A stretch of DNA of 64,000 nt from Phyllobates terribilis (taxonomy: Eukaryota). Position 1 is the stretch's first letter; each line of letters opens with the position of its first letter. The notes beneath the pieces were generated by a model. That model was not told where the DNA came from. It worked only from the letters and a program-made list of their open reading frames with translations, and did not search any database. Where the stretch lies: assembly GCF_046119375.1 (NCBI RefSeq), contig NW_027362764.1, positions 383,594,001-383,658,000 of the forward strand, written 5' to 3'. This document shows, one piece after another, positions 21,397-32,189 of this stretch. A program made the position numbers and the translations under genes.

Positions 21397-22394
21397 TGAC
21401 GCACCCCTGGGCCTGTGTCGCGCAGCGTTGCGCACGCGGGAGCTTACCCGGAGCCGGATCTGTTGAGGGTTGTAGTCTCGTGGCGGTGACCCGGTCCGTG
21501 CCCAGGGAGTCAGACTAAGTGGCGCTGTATTAGCGGTAGATGTTGGACGACTGCGCCACCCGTTGAATGCAGCGAAGGAGCTGCCGCTGCAGGGCAGACC
21601 GCTGAGGCCGGTGGTAGGATTGTGCAGCGTGATAGTATCACCCCCAACGGGAGGGGTATGGCCTCAGGGCAGCCGACGTGGATGATGGGGTAGCAGGAAT
21701 CACTCAGAGACGATGCGGTGTAATTCAGGGTCTTTACTGGTGATAAAGATAGACCCTCCCGGAGTACTGGCTAGCGATCGGGGCCTGGTCAGTCCTTGAG
21801 CAGATGGGATCTCCCCTGGCCAGGCGGAGTTGTAGGCCTCCCAAACTGACTGTACTCTTCTGGCTACCTTGCTAGAGGCGGGTATAAGTAGCCCACGTCC
21901 CTGAGTGTACCGTGTGGTGCTCACCCGTATGGCCGGTGACTCGGGGCCTTCTAGTGGCGTCCGCTCCACGACGGCGGTGCTGGTCCCACGCGTGTGACCG
22001 TGCCTTCGGGTTTCTTGGCCAGAGGACCTGAAATCCCCTGCCGGGCGGTTTCTGCTGCTGGGTAAAGATTAGTCCCCACAGCCTCGGACTCCGGGTCCGG
22101 TGATAGCTTCTCAGTCAGGGCGAGCTCTGCAGCTGCCAGCCCCTGACTCCTTATAGCACTGCTCCCACAGAGCTCCTGATGTTCTTTTCCTATATCTGCT
22201 TCTCTTCTCTGTCTCTACTTCTCTCTCTCCCCCTAACCCTGCCTCAGCCCCAGGTTTATATAGGGGAAGTTCTTCCCCTCCCAGGACTGGGCAGGAGGTG
22301 TGGCATGCATAAGATCCCTGACCAAGAGACCTCCCACCTGCTCTCAGACATAATATTGCTATTATTGTGGAGACCAGACCCCTGGGGTGCCACA
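21397..22394 (-). repeat. Middle LTR (998 bp), 5' LTR of the full unit and 3' LTR of the deleted unit
   Basis: Near-identical to 14500-15497; PBS on one side and PPT on the other; TATA CTATATAAA at 22255-22263 (minus). Confidence 0.95.
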
Positions 22395-22759
22395 TTCCCC
22401 CCTAGTGAAATTTAGTACTCCGGGACTAAACATATTTTACAAAAACATAACAGGGTATAACAACAACAATAAAATACAATAAGGAAACACATAAAGATGG
22501 TCACGGTGTGTCCGCAACCGGGTGCAGTCTTTGAAGAAAACAAAGGTGTCCATTTCACCAAAACAGGGAGACGTAACCAGGTAGGGGTCTGTCCTGCCCC
22601 GAGTCCTTAACAGTCTTTAGTCCGTCCTGGGTTACGCTCCAACCATGTACAAGGATTCCCGGTAAATCCACCAAGGACTCCTATAAATAACTAGAAACAC
22701 ATAATTATACACAAGCAACAAGAAAAACAGGTAACCACAAATAAAACAGTTTATACACT

Positions 22760-23736
22760 TCAAATCCTCCAACGTGCGGGTAACTGGCCTCTAGTGGCCC
22801 TAGTGGACCTACGGAGCTGACTGTCTAGCCCTGAACTACAGGGTGTAGGAGCTGTCAAGGGTAAACTGGGCAGCTGTCTACCGGCTCTTTGGCTCACTAG
22901 GGGTACGGCAGGCTCACTATAAGCAGAGGGTTGATCCTCCTGTTCTGCTTGTGTGGAGTCTTCTGCCTCCTGGACCGGCTGCTCTTCCAGCTCTACCTGT
23001 TGCTCCATAGGCACTTGGGATGCTGGTTGGAGGAACGTGAGGACGGGTACCACAACTGCACCATTGACTTGAGTCCAGGACCGAGGGAAGTCTCCGAGCA
23101 CAGTACTAACCATATCTTCCCTTTCCTCTACGGGTCGATGGTCTTCTTGTTCCTCTTCAGGGTTCCGTAGCTGTTCAGGACACTTCTTCAGGTGATCCCG
23201 GGATACAATGGCTATGGTCTCCCCTCCGTCTTTACTGATGGTACAGACTTTCGGGTTCTCGTGGCTTGAGGGCAGTACGGTGTACGGGTCCTTCTCCCAC
23301 TGGTCGTCCAACTTGTGGAGCCGTCTTTTCCTCTTCAAGACCTGCTCTCTGGGTACCAGGGGAACAGCGGGAGCATACTGGTTGTAAGTTTTCTCTTGTC
23401 TTTCCCTAGCCTGACAGAGACTTCGCTCCACGCTCTCCTGTACTTTCCGGTACTGCTGCTGCCTCTCTGTGTCCCAGTCTGCCTCTGGTGAAGTGTCCTC
23501 GGGTGTCAGGACTCCCATTTCCAGGTCAACAGGTAACTTACCAGGTCTCGCCCTCATTAGGTAAGCCGGGGTACAGTTGGTGGAACCTACCGGGATGTGG
23601 TTGTATAGGTCCACCAGATCGGGCAGCTTCTCAGGCCACAGACTGCGTTCTTCCAGGGGCAACATTTTCAGGAGATCCATTACCACCTGGTTCATTTTCT
23701 CACAAAGTCCATTAGTTTGCGGATGATAGGGTGTCG
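22760..23736 (-). pseudogene. Duplicated integrase C-terminal fragment
   Basis: 22395-23736 is a near-identical copy of 15498-16839; it is fused directly to a truncated LTR at 23737. Confidence 0.92.
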
Positions 23737-24600
23737 TAGCGGTAGATGTTGGACGACTGCGCTACCCGTTGAATGCAGCGAAGGAGCTGCCGCTGCAGGG
23801 CAGACCGCTGAGGCCGGTGGTAGGATTGTGCAGCGTGATAGTATCACCCCCAACGGGAGGGGTATGGCCTCAGGGCAGCCGACGTGGATGATGGGGTAGC
23901 AGGAATCACTCAGAGACGATGCGGTGTAATTCAGGGTCTTTACTTGTGATAAAGATAGACCCTCCCGGAGTACTGGCTAGCGATCGGGGCCTGGTAAGTC
24001 CTTGAGCAGATGGGATCTCCCCTGGCCAGGCGGAGTTGTAGGCCTCCCAAACTGACTGTACTCTTCTGGCTACCTTGCTAGAGGCGGGTATAAGTAGCCC
24101 ACGTCCCTGAGTGTACCGTGTGGTGCTCACCCGTATGGCCGGTGACTCGGGGCCTTCTAGTGGCGTCCGCTCCACGACGGCGGTGCTGGTCCCACGCGTG
24201 TGACCGTGCCTTCGCGTTTCTTGGCCAGAGGACCTGAAATCCCCTGCCGGGCGGTTTCTGCTGCTGGGTAAAGATTAGTCCCCACAGCCTCGGACTCCGG
24301 GTCCGGTGATAGCTTCTCAGTCAGGGCGAGCTCTGCAGCTGCCAGCCCCTGACTCCTTATAGCACTGCTCCCACAGAGCTCCTGATGTTCTTTTCCTATA
24401 TCTGCTTCTCTTCTCTGTCTCTACTTCTCTCTCTCCACCTAACCCTGCCTCAGCCCCAGGTTTATATAGGGGAAGTTCTTCCCCTCCCAGGACTGGGCAG
24501 GAGGTTTGTCATGCATAAGATCCCTGACCAAGAGACCTCCCACCTGCTCTCAGACATAATATTGCTATTATTGTGGAGACCAGACCCCTGGGGTGCCACA
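23737..24600 (-). repeat. Outer 5' LTR lacking ~137 bp of its U5 end
   Basis: Begins at TAGCGGTAGATG (internal LTR position) and ends GGGGTGCCACA followed by the TATG TSD. Confidence 0.93.
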
Positions 24601-24689
24601 TATGCAGGTCTCTCTCTCCCGCTGCCATGGGCTTCTCTGCAGTATTGGTTGTTTCTGCACCATTTTCTATCTCAGGCTTAGCCTTGAAA

Positions 24690-24918
24690 ATTGCTGTTCA
24701 CAGGGGGCTGAAAACAAATGCATGTCACAACTTTCAGATTTAGGTTTTTAAAATAATTAGAAAACCAAGTATCATTTCCTTTACACTTCACAAATACTTG
24801 TTACTTTTTGTTGGTATATCACATAAAATCTCAATAAAATACATTTAAGTATGTGGGTATAATGTGAAAAAATGTGAAAAAGTTCACGGGTTACGAATAC
24901 TTTTTCAAGGCATTGTAG
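24690..24918. mobile_element. Tc1-like terminal remnant
   Basis: Ends GAATACTTTTTCAAGGCATTG followed by TA, resembling Tc1 TIR ends. Confidence 0.5.
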
Positions 24919-25498
24919 ATATACATACCCTGTAAATCAGCACACTGTAATCAATGAATACATATATTCCATTATTGCTGCACACATTAAAAACTTGAGG
25001 TACGTAGTTATCAAATTTGTATAAGCCATCAAGTAGCGAAGAGAACGTCAGGATGAACCGTAAACTCTAATGACTCACCTCCATATTTGCCTAATCATGC
25101 CTCAAATTAACTGGGAAAAAATATAAGATCTGGCTTAGCTCTAATTAAAATCTGTCTTGGAAAGATTGGTTGGTAAGGGTGTACAGTCCATATGTCATAC
25201 TGTGACATAAGAGAGTTAATGCTCAGTTCTTTTTATCCCCTTACAAGTTTCCTAGTGCATCTCCCACTGTGTCTTGTGGAATACAGTGAATGCACCATAA
25301 GTATTCTATCCACTTTAAAACAGCACAACATTCTGTTTCAGTTTGACTAATCAGAGAGCAGGATTTTTCCCATAAAATGCTGTTCTTATATAGGGCAGGA
25401 GAGTGTGATGATAGATCGACTTTAAGTTAGTTTGCAACTAAACAAAATGTTTTACTGCATCAAACTGGCAGTGAAATTTACCAGGTAGAACCTAATAT

Positions 25499-25960
25499 AC
25501 AGTGGTCTGCAAAAGTATTCACCTCCATTGGCAGTTTTCATGTTTTGCTACCTCACAACCTGGAATTTCACAGCTTTTTTTGAGGGTTTGCAGCAGTTCA
25601 TGTAAAGCACATATCTACAACTGTGAGCATTCAGTTTTCTTTTCTTTGTCAAGCAAGCAACAAATAATATAAAATAGCTGAAAACTTCAGTGTACATAAC
25701 TATTCACCCCCCTAAAGTCAGTACTTTGTAGAGCCTCCTTTTGAAGCAATTACAGCTGCAAGTCGCTTTGGATAAGTCTCTATGAGCTTTCCACATCTTG
25801 CCACTGGGATTTTTTACCATTCCTCAAGTCAAAACTGCTCCAGCTCCTTCAGGTTAGATGGTTTCCTCTGGTGAACAGCAATCTTCCAGTCTGACCACAG
25901 ATTCTCAATTGGAAAAAGATCTCGGATTTGACTAGGCCACTCCAAAACATTTACATATTT
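25499..25960 (-). mobile_element. Tc1-like truncated remnant
   Basis: TA followed by CAGTGGTCTGCAAAAGTATTCACC TIR, an inner DR TATTCACCCCC, and minus-strand transposase C-terminal remnants (..SPDL.PIENLW..). Confidence 0.65.
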
Positions 25961-26678
25961 ACAAACGTTTACAAAGTCAGAAATTTATTTCCACTGTTTA
26001 AAATATTTTTGCAACAATGTGACTAAAAGTGCTGCAGAGTATCTTTAATAAATTGGGTCATTTGTGGCAAACTAGGAATGAATTGTTTATATTATTTATG
26101 ACAGATATCGCTATAAGGTATATGACCTTAGATTCCTTGGATTCAATCTCCTTCATTCTTTTCTAACACTTTGTGCCAGTAATTACATACTTTGCTCGTC
26201 TTTTTGAAGAGAAAATCAGAAGCATGGCAGAAATATACAATTTCATGCTTGGGCAGCATTGCATGTGTGAAAATAAATATCCTGGCTCAAATTTTTCATC
26301 TTTTTCAAACTGTGGCAATTCTAGCTGATAACCCAGATATCTGGGACTTTCAAGAAGCAATCAGCTCACTTATGTGGAACAGAACAAACAAGAGTTTCAA
26401 ATGTAATAATATTCTAGTCAACTCCACATGCGACGTTCCTCAGTCAAAGGAGATGGCCATAGACAGTGAGATGCTATTTCACTGGAGATCACTCTTAGGA
26501 TTACATTAAGTGGGAAAAGTCCAAAATCACTATATATTTACCAAATCTGTGATCTTCACTACAGTTTCTTACAATTAGCATAACACTACCCTTATGGGGC
26601 TGGCATAGTAGAATAATTATTTTCAGTGATATATGAGAGATATCGGATTATGTGACCATTAGAAGCCATTGAAATATA

Positions 26679-28328
26679 CAGTTATATGAAAAAGTTTGGG
26701 CACCCCTATTAATCTTAAGATTATTATTTTATAAAAATTGGTGTTTTGCAACAGCTAATTTCAATTTAATATATGTAATAACTGTTGGACACCGTAATGT
26801 TTCTGCCTTGAAATGAGGTTTATTGTACTAACAGAAAATGTGCAATCTGCATTCAAACAAAATTTGACAGGTGCATAAGTATGGTCACCCTTATCATTTT
26901 CTTGTTTTAAATACTCCTACCTACTTTTTACTGACGTACTAAAGCACTTTTTTTGGTTTTGTTACCTCATTGAGCTTTGAACTTCATAGCCAGGTGTATT
27001 CAATCATGAGAAAAGCTACTTAAAGTGGCCACTTGCAAGTTGTTCTCCTGTTTGAATCTCCTCTGAAGAGTGGCATCATGGGCTCCTCAAAACAACTGTC
27101 AAATGATCTGAAAACAAAGATTATTCAACATAGTTGTTCAGAGGAAGGATACAAAAAGCTGTCTCAGAGATTTAACCTGTCAGTTTCCACTGTGAGGAAC
27201 ATAGTAAGGAAATGGAAGAACACAGGGACAGTTCTTGTTAAGGCCAGAAGTGGCAGGCCAAGAAAAACATCAGAAAGGCAGAGAAGAAGAATGGTGAGAT
27301 CAGTCAAGGACAATATTCAGACCACCTCCAGAGAGCTGCAGCATCAACTTGCTGCAGATGGTGTCACTGTGCATCGGTCAACTATACAACGCACTTTGCA
27401 CAAGGAGAAGTTGTATGGGAGAGTGATGCGAAAGAAGCCGTTTCTGCAAGCACGCCACAAACAGAGTCGGCTGAGGTATGCAAAAGCACATTTAGAGAAG
27501 CCAATTTCTTTTTGGAAGAAGGTCCTGTGGACTGATGAAACCAAGATTGAGTTGTTTGGTCATACAAAAAGGCGTTATGCATGGCGGCAAAAAAACACAG
27601 CATTCGAAGAAAAACACTTGCTACCCACAGTAAAATTTGGTGGAGGTTCCATCATGCTTTGGGGCTGTGTGGCCAATGCCGGCACTGGGAATCTTGTTAA
27701 AGTTGAAGGACGCATGGATTCCACTCAGTATCAGCAGATTCTTGATAATAATGTTCAAGAATCAGTAATAAAGTTGAAGTTACGCAGGGGATGGATCTTT
27801 CAGCAAGACAATGATACAAAACACCGCTCCAAATCTACTCAGGCATTCACGCAGAGGAACAATTACAATGTTCTGGAATGGCCATCCCAGTCCCCAGACC
27901 TGAATATCATTGAACATCTGTGGGATCATTTGAAGAGGGCTGTCCATGCTTGGCGACCATCAAACTTAACTGAACTGGAATTGTTTTGTAAAGAGGAATG
28001 GTCAAAAATACCTTCATCCAGCATCCAGGAACTCATTAAAAGCTACAGGAAGCGACTAGAGGCTGTTATTTTTGCAAAAGGAGGATCTACTAAATATTAA
28101 TGTCACTTTTCTGGTGAGGTGCCCATACTTATGCACCTGTCAAATTTTGCTTGAATGCAGATTGCACATTTTCTGTTAGTACAATAAACCTCATTTCAAG
28201 GCAGAAACATTACTGTGTCCAACAGTTATTACATATATCAAACTGAAATAGCTGTTGCAAAAACACCAATTTTTATAAAACATTAAGCTTAAGATTAATA
28301 GGGGTGCCCAAACTTTTTCATATAACTG
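26679..28328 (+). mobile_element. Full-length Tc1 (DD34E) IR/DR transposon, 1650 bp
   Basis: ~210-bp near-identical TIRs starting CAGTTATATGAAAAAGTTTGGGCACCCC; TA TSD on both sides; inner direct repeat AAGTATGG(T/G)CACC. Confidence 0.96.
27078..28100 (+). CDS. Tc1 transposase, 340 aa, uninterrupted
   Basis: MGSSKQLSND.., GRPRK, TDETK, WGC, QQDN..34 aa..E (SPDLNIIEHLW). The ATG is at 27078, not the ORF-track start. Confidence 0.94.
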   Translation: MGSSKQLSNDLKTKIIQHSCSEEGYKKLSQRFNLSVSTVRNIVRKWKNTGTVLVKARSGRPRKTSERQRRRMVRSVKDNIQTTSRELQHQLAADGVTVHRSTIQRTLHKEKLYGRVMRKKPFLQARHKQSRLRYAKAHLEKPISFWKKVLWTDETKIELFGHTKRRYAWRQKNTAFEEKHLLPTVKFGGGSIMLWGCVANAGTGNLVKVEGRMDSTQYQQILDNNVQESVIKLKLRRGWIFQQDNDTKHRSKSTQAFTQRNNYNVLEWPSQSPDLNIIEHLWDHLKRAVHAWRPSNLTELELFCKEEWSKIPSSSIQELIKSYRKRLEAVIFAKGGSTKY

Positions 28329-29200
28329 TATGTACAATTACATTATATGCATAAAGAATGCAACAACGTGAAAAGAATAAAAGAGCATATCAGTGATTTC
28401 AGATGTTCCATTTTCTGCACCATTTTAGCAGTTTTTCTTTTGGGAAAAACACTGGAACCAGATGATGCATCAATAAGTAAATATGAAAAGCATTTTCTTG
28501 TAACATTTTAGTGTGGTCTATGCGTCTCTAGCATTTCTATCTAAATGCAGCATGCACTAGGTGTGGCTTTTTTCATTGATTTCCTAATTTGTGTCTTTAT
28601 CAGCAAAAAAAAGAAAAGCTAGCCAAAAAGCATGAAATTTCAAGCGCTGAACTGTCAGTGTTTCTTGTATACATTCACCTGGTCAATTATTTTTTCTGAC
28701 AAACTTCTTACTTTATTATTTTCATGCATAAATTTCAAGTGCACCCCTGGGAACAGACACCCTAGTTTATAATGCCCGCACTGATGGACCTGGCCAAAAT
28801 ATCAACATACCTCATATATTATATATATATATTGTAACATACCTGGCGGCGTCCTTGCATGGTGGTCCATCTCCCACTGTGCAAGAGAGCGCACTTGATC
28901 TCCTGTCCAGAATGTCTCTCTGGCTTCCCTCCATGCTGTCTGTTTGTGTCTGTTTCTGCTGCTTAAGGGCGGCGCCCGATCACTTCCTGCCTTTTGTACC
29001 TGCTGTGGGTCACACCCCTTGTGCGTCCTCAGCCTATTGCTGTCTGTCACTTGGTATATAGCTCAGCAGCTCCCTTCTATCCCGGCCTGTGCATAGTGTT
29101 TCCTTCAGTGTGTGCTTGCACTCTGAAGGTGCCAGGTCCCGTTCTTTGTTTCCTTGTCTGCCTTTCCTGGAGGCTGTATTTCCAGGCCTGTCTGAACTTA

Positions 29201-29396
29201 GTCCTGTATGTCTCCTGCTTTGCGGTATCAGCTCCCGTGTCTGAACTGTGTCCTGTATGTCTCCTGCTTTGCGGTATCAGCTCCCGTGTCTGAACTGTGT
29301 CCTGTATGTCTCCTGCTTTGCGGTATCAGCTCCCGTGTCTGAACTGAGTCCTGTATGTCTCCTGCTTTGCGGTATTAGTTCCCGTGTCTGAACTGA
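29201..29396 (+). repeat. 49-bp minisatellite x4
   Basis: GTCCTGTATGTCTCC starts at 29201, 29250, 29299 and 29348. Confidence 0.95.
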
Positions 29397-29404
29397 GTCC
29401 TTTC

Positions 29405-29890
29405 TGTGTATCTTGTCTGTCCTGTCTGAACACGCTCCTTGCCTGTTCCTCCCGCCTTCTAGGGGCCGATTACCTAGACCCGCTCCTGTATCTTGTCTGT
29501 CCTGTCTGAACACGCTCCTAGCCTGTTCCTCCTGCCTTCTAGGGGCTGATTACCTAGACCCGTTCCTGTATCTTGTCTGACCTGTCTGAACTCGCTCCTA
29601 GCCTGTTCCTCTCGCCTTCTAGTGGCCGATTTCCTAGACCCGCTCCTGTGTCTGGTCTGTCCTGTCTGAACACGCTCCTTGCCTGTTCGTTCCGCCTTTT
29701 AGTGGCCGATTTCCTAGACCCGCTCCTGTGTCTGGTCTGTCCTGTCTGAACACGCTCCTTGCCTGTTCGTTCCGCCTTCTAGTGGCCGATTTCCTAGACC
29801 CGCTCCTGTGTCTGGTCTGTCCTGTCTGAACTCGCTCCTTGCCTGTTCGTCCCGCCTCTCTGGGGGCTGTATTCCCAGACCCGCTCCTGT
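29405..29890 (+). repeat. 80-bp minisatellite x6
   Basis: Unit starts near 29408, 29488, 29568, 29648, 29728 and 29808. Confidence 0.93.
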
Positions 29891-32189
29891 AACCCTCTGC
29901 CTGTATTGTTCCTGAGTCCTGGTGTGTACTGGGTCCTATCCCGCCTGTGTTCCTACCTGCTAGTGCCTCCCTGTCTGCACTCTAGCTGTGCTTGCCTTTA
30001 CCCCCCTGCCTGCATACCCGCCTGCCTGCATACCAGTCGTGCCTGCCTATACCCACCAGTCTGTGTGCCAGCCTACCAGCCTGTTCCTGTATTCCCCTGT
30101 GTGGGTCAACAGCCGTGTCCGGGGTCTGTCCTGGAGTAGCACCTGGTCCCTCTGCTCGGTTCCTCCTTGGTGCACTGGCGTCGTATGCCGTCGTGCGACC
30201 CTGGTCGGATCGGGTGAATACTTAGTCACGCCCCTCCAGGTATTCACTCTCCGGCACGGTCCAGTGGAATCACTACCAATCACACGCACACGCCGCTTAG
30301 CCCGGGCGTGTGCATAACATATATGTATTTTTGCACACTTTTATTCCAGGGTGCAGCCAGGCCCATCAGTGCGGGCATTGTAAACTAGGGTGTCTGTTCC
30401 CATGGGGTGCACTTGGATAGTACCGGGATGCCCGCCTAGTCTAATAGTATGGGCGTAACTAATAGGCTGTAAGCCGGATACTGTGCACTACCCTAGTGTG
30501 AACAGCACCCTATACAAGCCTTTTTTGTGCAATTTAAATACTAAGCAATCACCCCCTCCATGAAATGGTAGGTTGTGAGTGATTGTCTCATCAGTATTTT
30601 GCACCTGTGTAGCCACCATCTTTATGTGGGTCTGCTGCATTCTGGTAGTGCATTTGGCTTTGAAGATCTGGGCAGGTAAACATTGCTGCTGGTTTTTCTT
30701 GAATTTTTGGGGGGAATTTTAATTCTTCTTAGTGTGGCTTTTGCCATTAATTTCAACCAGAAATCTATCCATCCATGTTCCTATAGTGGTTCAACTTTCT
30801 CTCTGTGTTGGAATTCCCCAGGACTGAGTACAGCGCCACCATTTGGTTTTCCTTTATTGCAATCTCAGTTGGGTAAGCAACAATTTTGGTTTGCTAGTAA
30901 AATTTGTGCTGCTCTTCTTAAAAAAAAAAAAAAAAAAAAACACCAGTGTGTGTCTTTCTGCTTTATTCTCTTTAAATATTTATTGAAAGGAGTTTCTACG
31001 GGGGCTTTCACTTTGTGTTCAGGCACCTATTTGGTGGCATCGTTGGGGCTTACATCTGAACCCCCTGCGCCGACCGGCCATAGACTATAATGTGCTCTGC
31101 CATGTATCATTTTTGGGTGTATATGCCTACTGGAGGCGGACACTCAGACGCAGTCTACTATGTCGGAGTGTCCACGCTCGAAAATGATACACATCAGATT
31201 GCACATTCGCTCTGCCGACACCATTATAATATATGGCCCATTGACGCGTACACAAGAATCTTATTTTGCAGCGGTTCTGATGTAAGCCCCATGGCGACAC
31301 CAAACGGGTGCCTAAACGTAATGTGAAAGAACCCTAAAATAACACAAAATAGGATTCTTACAGATAGCCCAATAGAGCGCTTAAAGCAGTAGTAACAAAA
31401 GTGTGATATAAATTAAAATGTGCCATATGTGGCATATATTTTAATACTGAAAGTATTTGAGCACAATTCATTATTGCAATTGTGCCTGTTTATTTGTGGA
31501 GATTTTGATGTTATGTGTCTTTCTATTTGTGCATTTTTTTAAGTCTATTTTATGTGTTCACCTGTTGTTGTTTTATTAGTTCGCCACTGTGGGCATGCTT
31601 TGCGGTTTCCAGATGTTTTTCCCTGATTCATCATTTGCAACTTTTCAAATATCACAAAATGTGTTGCAATGTTCTCCTGGAGTCCTTGTATGTACACCAG
31701 ACATTGTTACGACATTGTGAAGGACTTGTGACTTTGTGAGCTTTAAAAAGTTGAAAAATTGATTAAAGACAGGAAAAAAAAGAAATTTTTTTGACTTTGT
31801 GAAAAATTCATGAACTATATATACAATTTTGATGGCTCTGGTGGAAAAAACATCAGCAGATACCACAAGATAAAAAAGTGACTTAAACCTCCCCATCACA
31901 AATGATGAATCAGGTCCTTTGCATCTTAAATGTTATCATTCTTAGGCCACGTTCACACGTTCAGTATTGGGTCAGTATTTTACATCAGGATTTGTAAGCC
32001 AAAAAGAATTAAAATTAGATGGGTAAGACTAATGTTTCTCAACTCCAGTCCCCAATTATCCTCACCGGGTCAGGTTTTCAGGATTTCCTCAGTATTGCTC
32101 AGGTGATGTAATTACTGTCCAGTCCTCAGAAATTGCCATAGCTTTCTATAAGATATCTTCATGACACGATATCTTGGGATACTTAACAT

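Larger units (their letters stand above)
14500..24600 (-). mobile_element. Ty3/Gypsy LTR retrotransposon with three LTRs (full unit plus a deleted tandem unit)
   Basis: A single 4-bp TSD TATG (14496-14499 and 24601-24604); LTRs at 14500-15497, 21397-22394 and 23737-24600; gag, pol, PBS and PPT present. Confidence 0.95.
28833..30319. mobile_element. Solo LTR-like element with internal minisatellites
   Basis: TGTAAC..ATAACA termini, apparent 5-bp TSD TATAT within a TA run; no coding capacity. Confidence 0.7.
28734..30418. mobile_element. Short palindromic MITE (~200 bp) split by a solo LTR
   Basis: GTGCACCCCTGGGAACAGACACCCTAGTTTATAATGCCCGCACTGATGG (from ~28740) is inverted at ~30365-30412. 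Confidence 0.75.

Noticed and set aside
14803-24175. Recurrent 89-, 94- and 78-aa ORFs as accessory genes
   Set aside because: They recur only because they lie inside the three LTR copies; no recognisable domains.
25070-25105. 32-nt minus-strand exon with good splice sites
   Set aside because: Stop codons in all three frames; could only be non-coding, and there is no further support.
26100-26510. ORF-like AT-rich stretch as a host exon
   Set aside because: No consistent open frame between plausible splice sites and no recognisable protein.
29201-29890. CRISPR-like array (also considered for the 108-bp arrays)
   Set aside because: Contiguous tandem units without unique spacers, no cas genes, eukaryotic context.
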